A DNA stretch of 64,000 nt from a virus (Duplodnaviria > Heunggongvirae > Uroviricota > Caudoviricetes). The notes beneath the pieces are model-generated. The model made no database searches, was not told where the DNA came from, and saw nothing but the letters and a program-made list of their open reading frames with translations. Position 1 is the stretch's first letter. Every line of letters begins with the position of its first letter. The stretch is taken from positions 83,598 to 147,597 of IMG/VR virus record IMGVR_UViG_3300038393_000804. The stretch is one strand, 5' to 3'. Positions 10,424 through 18,214 of the stretch are shown here, in pieces. A program made the translations under genes and the position numbers.

Positions 10424-10458
10424 AAAAATAAAAAAGCCCTATAGCTGACGCTATGGGC
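10424..10458 (-). terminator. Rho-independent terminator on the minus strand (GCCCATAGC-gtca-GCTATAGGGC followed by a T-run on the minus strand)
   Basis: Reverse complement of 10424-10458 gives a 9-10 bp stem followed by TTTTTTATTTTT. It sits downstream of the minus gene 10682-10888. Confidence 0.55.
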
Positions 10459-10681
10459 ATGGTTCGTTTACCTAGCTTAACATGGAGTAATGTAGTGTGT
10501 GTGCTTGTGTTGTATCCTTATTATAGGTTTCGCGTTTTATATTAACAACAAGTATATATTACCTCTTTACTCTTCCCTCTCTATGTGCTTCCCTATGTCT
10601 TTCCCTATAGCTACTCTCTATACTCTTATAGGACATATCAATAGGAGGCTTCGCCTCCATGTGACTCTCCTAATCCATTAA

Positions 10682-10888
10682 TTAATTGCCCCGCCCCTGT
10701 TTCTCTATACGCTCATTACGCTCTATCATGATATAAGTTACAAATATACATACAGAAACAAAACATATAGGACCAACCATAAATAATAAAAGAAAAATAA
10801 GATTACCTACGCCGCCCGCTATTGTCATTTGATGCATACCTGCAATGAATGTACCTATGGAGAAGAATAACCCATTCATTCTATTCAT
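10682..10888 (-). CDS. small membrane protein, 68 aa, two TM helices
   Basis: AGAGGGTGA RBS upstream of the ATG (minus strand); a minus-strand terminator lies downstream. Confidence 0.45.
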   Translation of the reverse strand: MNRMNGLFFSIGTFIAGMHQMTIAGGVGNLIFLLLFMVGPICFVSVCIFVTYIMIERNERIEKQGRGN

Positions 10889-11024
10889 CAGCTCTCACCC
10901 TCTGTTCTATATAAAGAAGACCCACCGCCATTAGCTGATAAAGAATGGAGATTCTTTTATAACTTAACCTTATGTGAAAGGTGATTCGGCGGCCACCGTT
11001 AGGTGGAATGGGTCTGTTTTTAAT

Positions 11025-11062
11025 ATGCATAAATGCATTCATTATTATACATTTCAATGAAT
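11025..11062 (-). promoter_or_regulatory. candidate minus-strand extended -10 promoter (TGTATAAT) embedded in inverted repeats (ATGCAT-AA-ATGCAT and ATTCATT-N14-AATGAAT)
   Basis: Reverse complement of 11043-11050 is TGTATAAT. Palindromes are read directly. Confidence 0.35.
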
Positions 11063-11078
11063 ATTGGGTATATTTTTT

Positions 11079-11093
11079 GTTACCTTAAGGTTA
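11079..11093. promoter_or_regulatory. operator-like 15-mer GTTACCTTAAGGTTA (near-palindrome), with a second partial copy GTTACCTTAAC at 11100
   Basis: The same 15-mer recurs in inverted orientation at 27697-27712. Confidence 0.4.
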
Positions 11094-11130
11094 TTGCAGT
11101 TACCTTAACTTTATGATATACTCTGTTTAA
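11094..11130 (+). promoter_or_regulatory. sigma-A-like promoter TTGCAG-N17-TATACT driving the rightward early block
   Basis: -35 at 11094-11099, 17-nt spacer, -10 at 11117-11122. Confidence 0.5.
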
Positions 11131-11156
11131 TCAATAATTAATCGGGAGAAAAGACA

Positions 11157-11309
11157 ATGGTTGAGTATTATGTAGAGCATGTGAAGTGTTCTTATTGGAT
11201 TATGAGAAGAGACAAACGATTCTGGAAGCTAGGTCCATTTCATGACCAAGGTGATGCAACAATGTTGTTGGAATTATTAACGAGCGGAAAGCTAAGAGAG
11301 GGAGTTTAA
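11157..11309 (+). CDS. small protein (50 aa), tandem paralog of the next gene
   Basis: GGGAG RBS. Shares the pattern YY.E......W......D..F..GPF..QGDA.....L....KL with 11313-11519. Confidence 0.45.
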   Translation: MVEYYVEHVKCSYWIMRRDKRFWKLGPFHDQGDATMLLELLTSGKLREGV

Positions 11310-11312
11310 ATA

Positions 11313-11519
11313 ATGTATTATATTGAAGCATATCTTAACGCATGGTTGATTAAAAAACAGTACGATGATGTATTTACTTTCGGCCCATTTGAAAGCCAAG
11401 GAGACGCCTGGTTTGTGTGTGAAATGCTAAACAATGATAAGTTGAGATTCGAGGTTGGTACTGGTTATGGCAAAGAGGCCCTTAAAGAATCGTATCCAGT
11501 TTACAAGCACGTTGACTAA
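11313..11519 (+). CDS. small protein (68 aa), paralog of 11157-11309
   Basis: GGGAG RBS; sequence similarity to the upstream ORF. Confidence 0.55.
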   Translation: MYYIEAYLNAWLIKKQYDDVFTFGPFESQGDAWFVCEMLNNDKLRFEVGTGYGKEALKESYPVYKHVD

Positions 11520-11622
11520 AGAGAATTTCGCCGCCTTAAAGGAGCTGTCAGACACCACAAAGGTTCCACTATCCAAGCTAATGGATGAAGCAGTCGAGCT
11601 TCTCTTAGCAAAAAGAAATTGA
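11467..11622 (+). CDS. candidate ribbon-helix-helix (Arc/CopG-like) DNA-binding protein, 51 aa, overlapping the 3' end of the previous gene out of frame
   Basis: Pattern of a beta-strand (RIQFTSTL), helix (KENFAALKELSDTT) and helix (PLSKLMDEAVELLLA). The RBS is weak and the overlap unusual. Confidence 0.35.
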   Translation: MAKRPLKNRIQFTSTLTKENFAALKELSDTTKVPLSKLMDEAVELLLAKRN

Positions 11623-11869
11623 TTTGGGAGTAAAGCTAAAAAACGCGGCACACTGGGGTATAAGACAAATAAGTACAGTCTATAATATAGATAGCAAACA
11701 TTCTTACTGGCATTCCTCCAGTAGGTATATGTTTTACCATTAATATGTTTTGGCATAGGTTCTCTCCTATGGAAAGAGGCTTCTCTAGCGGAAAATAGAG
11801 AGGTCTTTTTTTATGGTCTCTTTTAGAACGTATGTTCTCTTATATAGAGAAAAAATGGTGTAATTTATT

Positions 11870-11896
11870 TTGCAGAGTGTTCCTTTGATATAAAAT
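11870..11896 (+). promoter_or_regulatory. candidate promoter (TTGCAG ... TGaTATAAA extended -10) upstream of 12080
   Basis: Hexamers read from the sequence; the spacer is suboptimal. Confidence 0.3.
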
Positions 11897-12079
11897 GATG
11901 GCTTCATTCTTTCGCCCACCCCCTTCCTACCTCTGAGTTCCTCCCAATGTGTGCTCCCTTTATAGGTGAAAAAGAATAAAATTTTTCAGCGACAAGGTAT
12001 ATTTATGAAGTTTGGTCAGTGAAACGTTTCATGCCCACCCCTTACTTCAAATACAACTAACCTATTGGAGGAATGTAAA

Positions 12080-12601
12080 ATGGCAAAAGTATATCGTTAC
12101 ATGAGTGTAAAGGAATTAAAGATGATTATGAATGGAGAAACAGTTGTAGGTCAATTGCAAGAAGATGTACGTTCAAGCACTGATAATAAAGCAAATGTAT
12201 GTTTCTTATCTCAACAAACAAAGTTTAAGGCCATTGGAGAAGACCATGTATATACTCCTGAACAATGCTATGAGTTCTTAGGTGGTATTGTATCAGATGA
12301 AATACTAGTTGAATTCGAAACAAGTGCTGCTTTTGAGTATGGCTATGGTAGATACGCTAGTCCATATGGATTTGGTTCTTCATCTATTTATATTAATGAA
12401 TACTATGTACCTGAGTATAGCTCAAAGGACTTCACTATATTGAGATATGGTACACCAGGCTATGACTTTAAATGGAATAAGTACAGCCGCCTAGCTATCG
12501 CACTACGTCCATTAACAATGAAGGTAGCTAAATGGTTCAAGCATATGAAGAGTAAAAGAGAATATAAGAAGCTTTGTAAAGCTGCTGGTATTAATGACTA
12601 A
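12080..12601 (+). CDS. hypothetical protein, 173 aa
   Basis: TTGGAGGAATG RBS 6 nt upstream of the ATG at 12080. Confidence 0.6.
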   Translation: MAKVYRYMSVKELKMIMNGETVVGQLQEDVRSSTDNKANVCFLSQQTKFKAIGEDHVYTPEQCYEFLGGIVSDEILVEFETSAAFEYGYGRYASPYGFGSSSIYINEYYVPEYSSKDFTILRYGTPGYDFKWNKYSRLAIALRPLTMKVAKWFKHMKSKREYKKLCKAAGIND

Positions 12602-12708
12602 GGGCCTCTATACAGAGGTCTTTATATGGGTACATAGTGTAGCCTCCTCGTGGCGTACCTGGATAACCAACCAATACACTAATACTAATATAAAGGTGGA
12701 ATATAAGA

Positions 12709-12875
12709 TGAACAAAACATTAACAGTAATTGAGAAATGCGAAAGAATGGATGCACATGCACCTAAATGGGAGATTTGGATTGGACAAGAACTAGTACAA
12801 ACTGTTGTATTCAGACAGTACTTAGAGGCTACTGTGGCCTACTACAAGAAGCAGCTAGCAAAGGGTGCTATATAG
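12709..12875 (+). CDS. hypothetical small protein, 55 aa
   Basis: AAGGTGG RBS before the ATG at 12709. Confidence 0.45.
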
Positions 12876-12965
12876 TAGGGCCTCTATATAAGGGGTGCTA
12901 TATAAGGGGCCTTCCTATAAGGGGGGTCTATATAAGGGGGGGTCCTATATAGGGCCTCCTATATT
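12866..12965. repeat. array of about 7 direct repeats of CTATATA(A)GGGG with 14-17 bp periodicity
   Basis: Read directly: gctatatagtaggg / ctctatataagggg / tgctatataagggg / ccttcctataagggggg / tctatataaggggggg / tcctatataggg / cctcctatattt. Confidence 0.6.
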
Positions 12966-13009
12966 TGTGTTTACATAAAAAACCTACAACTAGAAAAGAG
13001 GAAAAGAAA

Positions 13010-13207
13010 ATGAAAAACGAACTTCTAAGAAAACGCATTGAAAAAATGTACCAAGATTACTACTCAGATTCTTCAAGCAAAATCAAGCAAGTTAATTTCG
13101 AAAAAAGAAAAGAATCAAAAATCGAAGGTTTAATTTCTTGGGTAGAATTGCCCGCTGATTCTGAAATGTACAAACAAAATATTTTAATTGGAAAGGAAGT
13201 TTTATAA
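13010..13207 (+). CDS. hypothetical small protein, 65 aa
   Basis: AAGAGGAAAAG RBS before the ATG at 13010. Confidence 0.5.
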   Translation: MKNELLRKRIEKMYQDYYSDSSSKIKQVNFEKRKESKIEGLISWVELPADSEMYKQNILIGKEVL

Positions 13208-13710
13208 TGTTAAAAGTTTTAGATAAACCATCTGCTGAATTAATGCTTTCTACTGAACCTGTTTACACTGTTGATTCTGAAGGCTGGTATGTTTTCGATA
13301 TCTTCCGTGGTTCTGATACTGATAATCTTGAAGGTATTTCTTGGTTTTCTACATCTTATGCTACTGCTCTTGTTTATGCAAATAACACAAATGGTTTTAT
13401 CCAGCACCGCCGTATTCGTATTCCTGCAGAAAATGGTTTCCTAGTAAACCCTAATGATTACTTGCTTGGTGGAAGGTCACGAGCTAGAGGATATAAAGCT
13501 GGTCAAGTAGATACTGACATTGATACTTACTACTATGGCTTAAGTGAAGACATCTATGTGGAAGAAGAGATTAACTGGCACTTTGATATGAGCATTCATG
13601 AAAGTATGCTTAAAGCCATGTCTTATGAGGTTGCTAGATACGAGCGTACTCAGCTCCCGTCTAGTCCTCGCAGCATTACCTTTAATTTCAATTGGGACGG
13701 GGATTCTTAA
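13207..13710 (+). CDS. hypothetical protein, 167 aa
   Basis: ATG overlaps the upstream stop (TAATG). GGAAGGAAG RBS. Confidence 0.6.
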   Translation: MLKVLDKPSAELMLSTEPVYTVDSEGWYVFDIFRGSDTDNLEGISWFSTSYATALVYANNTNGFIQHRRIRIPAENGFLVNPNDYLLGGRSRARGYKAGQVDTDIDTYYYGLSEDIYVEEEINWHFDMSIHESMLKAMSYEVARYERTQLPSSPRSITFNFNWDGDS

Positions 13711-13814
13711 TATAGCCAGGTAGTTAGGCTATATGTGATTCGCCGTTCCCTTTATATCATGGCCCTTGTGGTCACCAATTAATAGTCGTGGGACTTTAAC
13801 CCTGGAGGACAAAC

Positions 13815-14048
13815 ATGTCAGAATTAACTATCATTGCGAACCTATTAAGAAAGGACATTGAAATGTACCACGGTTTATTGGAAGAAGCCATTCGCAACAG
13901 AAACCTTCGTTTACAAGAAGAGCTTACTGCCGAACTTACCGAAATGAAAGACATCTTGAATCACATCGAAAAACCTGAATTTACTCGTAAACTTCGCCTT
14001 GTGCAAAACGAAGCTTGGAGAGAATTTAACAATGGAGGTAGAAACTAA
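13815..14048 (+). CDS. hypothetical protein, 77 aa
   Basis: CTGGAGG RBS. Confidence 0.55.
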   Translation: MSELTIIANLLRKDIEMYHGLLEEAIRNRNLRLQEELTAELTEMKDILNHIEKPEFTRKLRLVQNEAWREFNNGGRN

Positions 14049-14302
14049 TGAACTTAGAATTCGATATTTTAACTGCTGAAATGGTAGATTTACAGATTCA
14101 ATCTTTAAACGCAGCACTTAGGGTTTGGAACACAAACATTGATTCTTATTTAGAAACTTATTCAATGATGATTAAAGCACCTGAAACATTTAATCAAAAT
14201 GATATTGATTGGATTAAAGGCTTACTAGAAACAGCGCAGTACCAGAAGGAAAAGACTTTAGCGGAAATTGAAGTTAAGAAATCCGTTAAATCTTTCTTAT
14301 AA
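14048..14302 (+). CDS. hypothetical protein, 84 aa
   Basis: GGAGGT RBS; start overlaps the upstream stop. Confidence 0.55.
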   Translation: MNLEFDILTAEMVDLQIQSLNAALRVWNTNIDSYLETYSMMIKAPETFNQNDIDWIKGLLETAQYQKEKTLAEIEVKKSVKSFL

Positions 14303-14334
14303 AAAATACTTTTAACTAGCAGGAGGAAACTAGA

Positions 14335-15213
14335 ATGGCAAGAAATTGGGGAAAGAAATACGAAGAAGTTAGCAAAAGAATGAGCAAGAAAGGTAAATTA
14401 GCAGCAGAAGGTCATCATTTAAAGCAGCAAGCTGATAAGAAACTAGCTACAGAATCACTAGAAGATAAAATGAAACGTACTGGTGTTACTAATTTTGAAA
14501 CTGAAGAAGTTGTAGATTACAACGTAGCAAATGCAGATGATGATGTTTGGGGTTTCATGAACAAAAGCTTTTACAATAAATTAATCGCAGATACTAAATT
14601 ACAAGCAGAGAAAGAGGTAGAGGAAATGATGATGGAACAATTTAAAGCAATGTTAAACGAGGTATTAGATGCAAGAGAAAGCAACAAGCGTGCAGAGGAA
14701 ATCAAATTGGCTGAACTACGTATCAGAGAATTAGAGCTTCAAGTTGAATTAGCTAAGCTGCAATCTGCTCCAGTTGAATTTGAATTAACTCCAATGGTTC
14801 CTGTTACTCATGGCAAGTTAGAAGAAGTAATCGAAGAGCATAGTACAGCTGTGAATACTATTTTGGATGCTATTGAGGTTACTGAAAAGCCTGCTAAGAA
14901 ACAACGTAAAGCTACTATTAAGAAGAAAGGTAGCAGCAGGCTTACTCTTAGCACTATTTGTACTCCACTTAATAAGGGTAGAAGTGGGTACTCTGTGGCT
15001 TGGTCTAAGGTGCCTAGTGATGAAGCTGGATTCTTAAATGTCATTATCCCTATTGTTGAATTTGCTATTGATAATGGGATTAATGTTAATGACACTAATG
15101 AGTTCCGTAAGTTCCATCCTGTATGTCAGGGTGCTTACATGCAATACACTAAGAAGTATCCTGGTCAAAAGGGCGTTTGGAAAGCATTTATTGCTGAACA
15201 CTTCAATAAGTAA
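14335..15213 (+). CDS. hypothetical protein, 292 aa, with a central coiled-coil
   Basis: AGGAGGAAAC RBS; terminator immediately downstream. Confidence 0.65.
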   Translation: MARNWGKKYEEVSKRMSKKGKLAAEGHHLKQQADKKLATESLEDKMKRTGVTNFETEEVVDYNVANADDDVWGFMNKSFYNKLIADTKLQAEKEVEEMMMEQFKAMLNEVLDARESNKRAEEIKLAELRIRELELQVELAKLQSAPVEFELTPMVPVTHGKLEEVIEEHSTAVNTILDAIEVTEKPAKKQRKATIKKKGSSRLTLSTICTPLNKGRSGYSVAWSKVPSDEAGFLNVIIPIVEFAIDNGINVNDTNEFRKFHPVCQGAYMQYTKKYPGQKGVWKAFIAEHFNK

Positions 15214-15220
15214 AAACAAT

Positions 15221-15250
15221 GGGAGGTCTTCGGGCCTCTCTTTATTTATA
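15221..15250 (+). terminator. UUCG-tetraloop terminator (GGGAGGTC-TTCG-GGCCTCTC plus TTTATTTAT)
   Basis: 8-bp stem with two G-U wobbles and a T-rich tail. Confidence 0.65.
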
Positions 15251-15283
15251 TAAAAAACTAAACTAGCAAAGGTGGAGTCTATA

Positions 15284-15631
15284 ATGGAAAAGGTTTTAGG
15301 AATGGTTGGTAAAGGTGTAGTTAAGAATGGCGTTATGACTTTTGTGGATGCTTCAGGTAAAGGATTTGCTAAGCACGTTAGTAAGCCTGCTGTTGCTCCT
15401 GTTGTTCGTCGTGAACCTGCTGTTACTTATGGTGTAAGCATGATTAAGGAAGAATCTATTGATGTTCCTAGCTTCATGAAGAACCGTAAGCCTGCGCCTG
15501 TTGAGACTATCATTGAAGAGCCTGCAGATAAAGTTGTTTACCTTAATAATGGATACAAGGGCGAGTCTAAACGTACTCTTCGCAGTGATGCAAAGAAAGT
15601 TTGGAATTGGCTCTGGGACTTGGAGGACTAA
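15284..15631 (+). CDS. hypothetical protein, 115 aa
   Basis: AAAGGTGGAG RBS before the ATG at 15284. Confidence 0.55.
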   Translation: MEKVLGMVGKGVVKNGVMTFVDASGKGFAKHVSKPAVAPVVRREPAVTYGVSMIKEESIDVPSFMKNRKPAPVETIIEEPADKVVYLNNGYKGESKRTLRSDAKKVWNWLWDLED

Positions 15632-15632
15632 T

Positions 15633-15965
15633 ATGAAGCGTGTCGGTAGAGTAACTCTAAAGGATAAACAGATTCAGATTGCACGTATTGGCATCGAGAG
15701 CGTTATTGCACATTGTATTGCACAAAACCTTAAGATTGACCCTGGCTTTCCTGTTCATTGGTATATTGAACAATGTGAAGCCGTGCTTAGTAGAACTAAC
15801 ATCCCAGATTACTTAATTATCGACATCTTAGACGAGGCAGAAGATAAAGGAATGAATGAGGAGCCGCCTGCCAGTGGTGGTGCCTCTCAGCTACACCCTG
15901 AAAACAACAGTCAGTTAATTGAAGCTATTGAAAACTTAAATAAACTATTTTTGGAGGTAATGTAA
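15633..15965 (+). CDS. hypothetical protein, 110 aa
   Basis: GGAGGACTAAT RBS before the ATG at 15633. Confidence 0.5.
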   Translation: MKRVGRVTLKDKQIQIARIGIESVIAHCIAQNLKIDPGFPVHWYIEQCEAVLSRTNIPDYLIIDILDEAEDKGMNEEPPASGGASQLHPENNSQLIEAIENLNKLFLEVM

Positions 15966-15966
15966 A

Positions 15967-16149
15967 ATGAAAGATTTAGCGAAAGTTATTAAATGGGCTA
16001 TTGTTGTTACTGTATTAGGTGTAATTGCTTTTATTATCGTGTCTATGAACAACCCATTCGCATTTGATGGTAGGTCTCAGAAGGATATTGAGAAAGAATG
16101 GAATCAGCCTATCACTCCTAGTGAGTGCTATCACGAAGATTGCCGTTAA
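15967..16149 (+). CDS. small membrane protein, 60 aa, one TM helix
   Basis: GGAGGT RBS; hydrophobic core IVVTVLGVIAFIIV. Confidence 0.5.
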   Translation: MKDLAKVIKWAIVVTVLGVIAFIIVSMNNPFAFDGRSQKDIEKEWNQPITPSECYHEDCR

Positions 16150-16161
16150 TAATTCCTATGA

Positions 16162-16187
16162 GGAGGCTTTCGGGCCTTCTCTTTTTA
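16162..16187 (+). terminator. UUCG-loop terminator (GAGGAGGC-TTTCG-GGCCTTCTC plus T5)
   Basis: Stem-loop followed by TTTTTAT. Confidence 0.6.
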
Positions 16188-16246
16188 TCGTGTCTGGATT
16201 GGGTAGCCATTCCCATGAAGGACAATAAACCAAAGGAGGAGTTCAG

Positions 16247-16615
16247 ATGACTATCATGAACCCACTAGAACACCTTATATACCAATTAGAGGAGGTGAGA
16301 CAAAGCGAAGTTGACTACGAGTTAAACTATGACTCAGAAACAAACCGTTACTTTATTGACCTTGAGTACAAGAAGATTAATGAAATCAGTAAACTGGCTT
16401 CTTGGGAATTGTTTAGTGAAAGAGGTAGATTGCAGTTTGCGGCTAAAGCAGCTCTTCAGCGTGCTGGTTTTACAGTCATTCAGGTTAGGGCAAGTAAAGA
16501 AGGTTGGCTAATTGCTGGTATTGTCATTCCAACCAAAGGTGTTATTGCATTTGAGAACGACTATCTAATGGAACAAAAAGAAATTCAAGAAAAACAAAAT
16601 CGGGAGGGAATCTAG
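16247..16615 (+). CDS. hypothetical protein, 122 aa
   Basis: AAAGGAGGAG RBS. Confidence 0.6.
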   Translation: MTIMNPLEHLIYQLEEVRQSEVDYELNYDSETNRYFIDLEYKKINEISKLASWELFSERGRLQFAAKAALQRAGFTVIQVRASKEGWLIAGIVIPTKGVIAFENDYLMEQKEIQEKQNREGI

Positions 16616-16616
16616 C

Positions 16617-17117
16617 ATGATTATTGATATCAAGAAATTTTTACTTGGGAAGAACAAGAAGCGTAACTCTGAGGTTTTGGCTACTTTCAAGAAAGAGCGT
16701 GAAATGATTCGTCGTGCTATGGAAGAGCAGGCTGCTGGTAAATCAATCTCTGGTGAAGCAAAAGAAATTCTTACTGCTGAGGAAATTGCTGCACTACTGC
16801 AGGACATGTCTCCATCTGGTTTTGTTTACAGAGTCAATCTTCCTGGTGCTAAAGAAGTTTATCGTTTCATTACTCTTAGCAATTACCAGGGTCTTATTGA
16901 TGTACTTGGTCATATGGAAAAGGAGCATGAATTCCTTAGAGCAATGTGCTTAATTGATAAGTGTGAGGAATTTGCTGATTATGATTATATGGCTAAAGGC
17001 TTTAAGATTTTCGAGTATGTGGTGCGTCATAATAAAACCAATGCTCCTACTATTGCCTATGCTCGTCAATTCATCATTGAAATGCGTAGATATTTAGAAG
17101 AATTAAATCTGCTTTAA
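16617..17117 (+). CDS. hypothetical protein, 166 aa
   Basis: GGGAGGGAAT RBS. Confidence 0.6.
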   Translation: MIIDIKKFLLGKNKKRNSEVLATFKKEREMIRRAMEEQAAGKSISGEAKEILTAEEIAALLQDMSPSGFVYRVNLPGAKEVYRFITLSNYQGLIDVLGHMEKEHEFLRAMCLIDKCEEFADYDYMAKGFKIFEYVVRHNKTNAPTIAYARQFIIEMRRYLEELNLL

Positions 17118-17123
17118 AACAAT

Positions 17124-17150
17124 GGGAGGGGTCTTCGGGCCTCTCCTTTT
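17124..17150 (+). terminator. UUCG-loop terminator (GGGAGGGGTC-TTCG-GGCCTCTCC plus T4)
   Basis: Read directly. Confidence 0.65.
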
Positions 17151-17185
17151 AAAATAAAATTAAACTATCATTGGAGGAATCTAGA

Positions 17186-18100
17186 ATGTTTGAAGCTACT
17201 ATTATTTTATCTGTTGTTGTTGTTGCTGCGTTGGTTGCTGTTATTGTTGCTATGGTCATGAAAGGTAAGAAGTCTAAGTCTGAAGCTGCTCCTGTGTCTC
17301 TCTATGAAAAGCTTGAAGCTAAGGCAATGAAACTTGCTGATGAAATGTCCGCTGAGGAAAAGAACCGTCTTGTTGGTAAATTTGGCACTGGCTCTTATGA
17401 CTCTGAAACTGCTCCACGTATCACGACAAAGATTGACAGCTTGAATGTACTATACGTTACTGCTTATGGTGTTCGCTATGAATCAGTAAGGGATGCTATT
17501 GAGCGCTCTGCTGAAATGAGTGAAGAAACAGCTTTACGTCTGCTTACTCTTGAGAAGGAGCTATATATTCTTCGTAAAGAGAAGTTTAATGCAAGCCGCC
17601 ACTATAAGACTGTCAAATCTCCTCTATTTGGCACGATTTACTCTTACAATGCTTGTACTATCGGCATTGAAACAAAGACTGGTGCATGGGCAGATAAGGC
17701 TCCTCGTATGGCTATGGTGATTGAGCGTAAAGAGAATGGCTCAGTTAGAGCTATGGACATTTACCTTGCAGATGAAGATATTGCTACAGCTAGTAGTTAC
17801 CTTCACTTTGATTTACGCAAAGAGGAGAATGTTAAACGCTTTGAAGAGCTTATCTGTAAGCAAGAGAAAGAATACGGTGAAGAGATTGAAGTTATTCAAA
17901 CAATCCTAAGCCGTGTAGAGAAATACAATTTTCTTATTGAGGAAAAGCTCCTGAAGGTTGAAGCTGGTAGATTTGTATTCAATATTCCTACTGATAAGCA
18001 GCTTAAGGAATTAAAGAAGTTTGATACTGATGTTCAAGAGCATGAGTCTAACCCTAAAGTAGTAAACATCTTTGAATTCATGCACAGCTCTCAGGAGTAA
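17186..18100 (+). CDS. membrane-anchored hypothetical protein, 304 aa
   Basis: TTGGAGGAATC RBS; N-terminal TM segment IILSVVVVAALVAVIVAMV. Confidence 0.6.
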   Translation: MFEATIILSVVVVAALVAVIVAMVMKGKKSKSEAAPVSLYEKLEAKAMKLADEMSAEEKNRLVGKFGTGSYDSETAPRITTKIDSLNVLYVTAYGVRYESVRDAIERSAEMSEETALRLLTLEKELYILRKEKFNASRHYKTVKSPLFGTIYSYNACTIGIETKTGAWADKAPRMAMVIERKENGSVRAMDIYLADEDIATASSYLHFDLRKEENVKRFEELICKQEKEYGEEIEVIQTILSRVEKYNFLIEEKLLKVEAGRFVFNIPTDKQLKELKKFDTDVQEHESNPKVVNIFEFMHSSQE

Positions 18101-18214
18101 TATCTCCCGCCCTGGACAAGGCGTTAAACTGTCCAGAAAGGAGCTTGTATTGTAAGGTCGTCCGTCCCTAAGTCCAGCGAGTAAAAACTATACTATTAAA
18201 AGGTGGTAATTAAT

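Noticed and set aside
11427-11756. 109-aa minus-strand ORF
   Set aside because: Antisense to RBS-supported plus-strand genes, and has no SD.
12767-12952. ORF encoding ...GPLYKGCYIRGLPIRGVYIRGGPI
   Set aside because: It is simply a translation of the CTATATAAGGGG repeat array and has no RBS.
14808-15253. Track ORFs 14808-15095(-), 15034-15219(-), 15038-15253(+)
   Set aside because: These are alternate-frame or antisense readings within gene 14335-15213.
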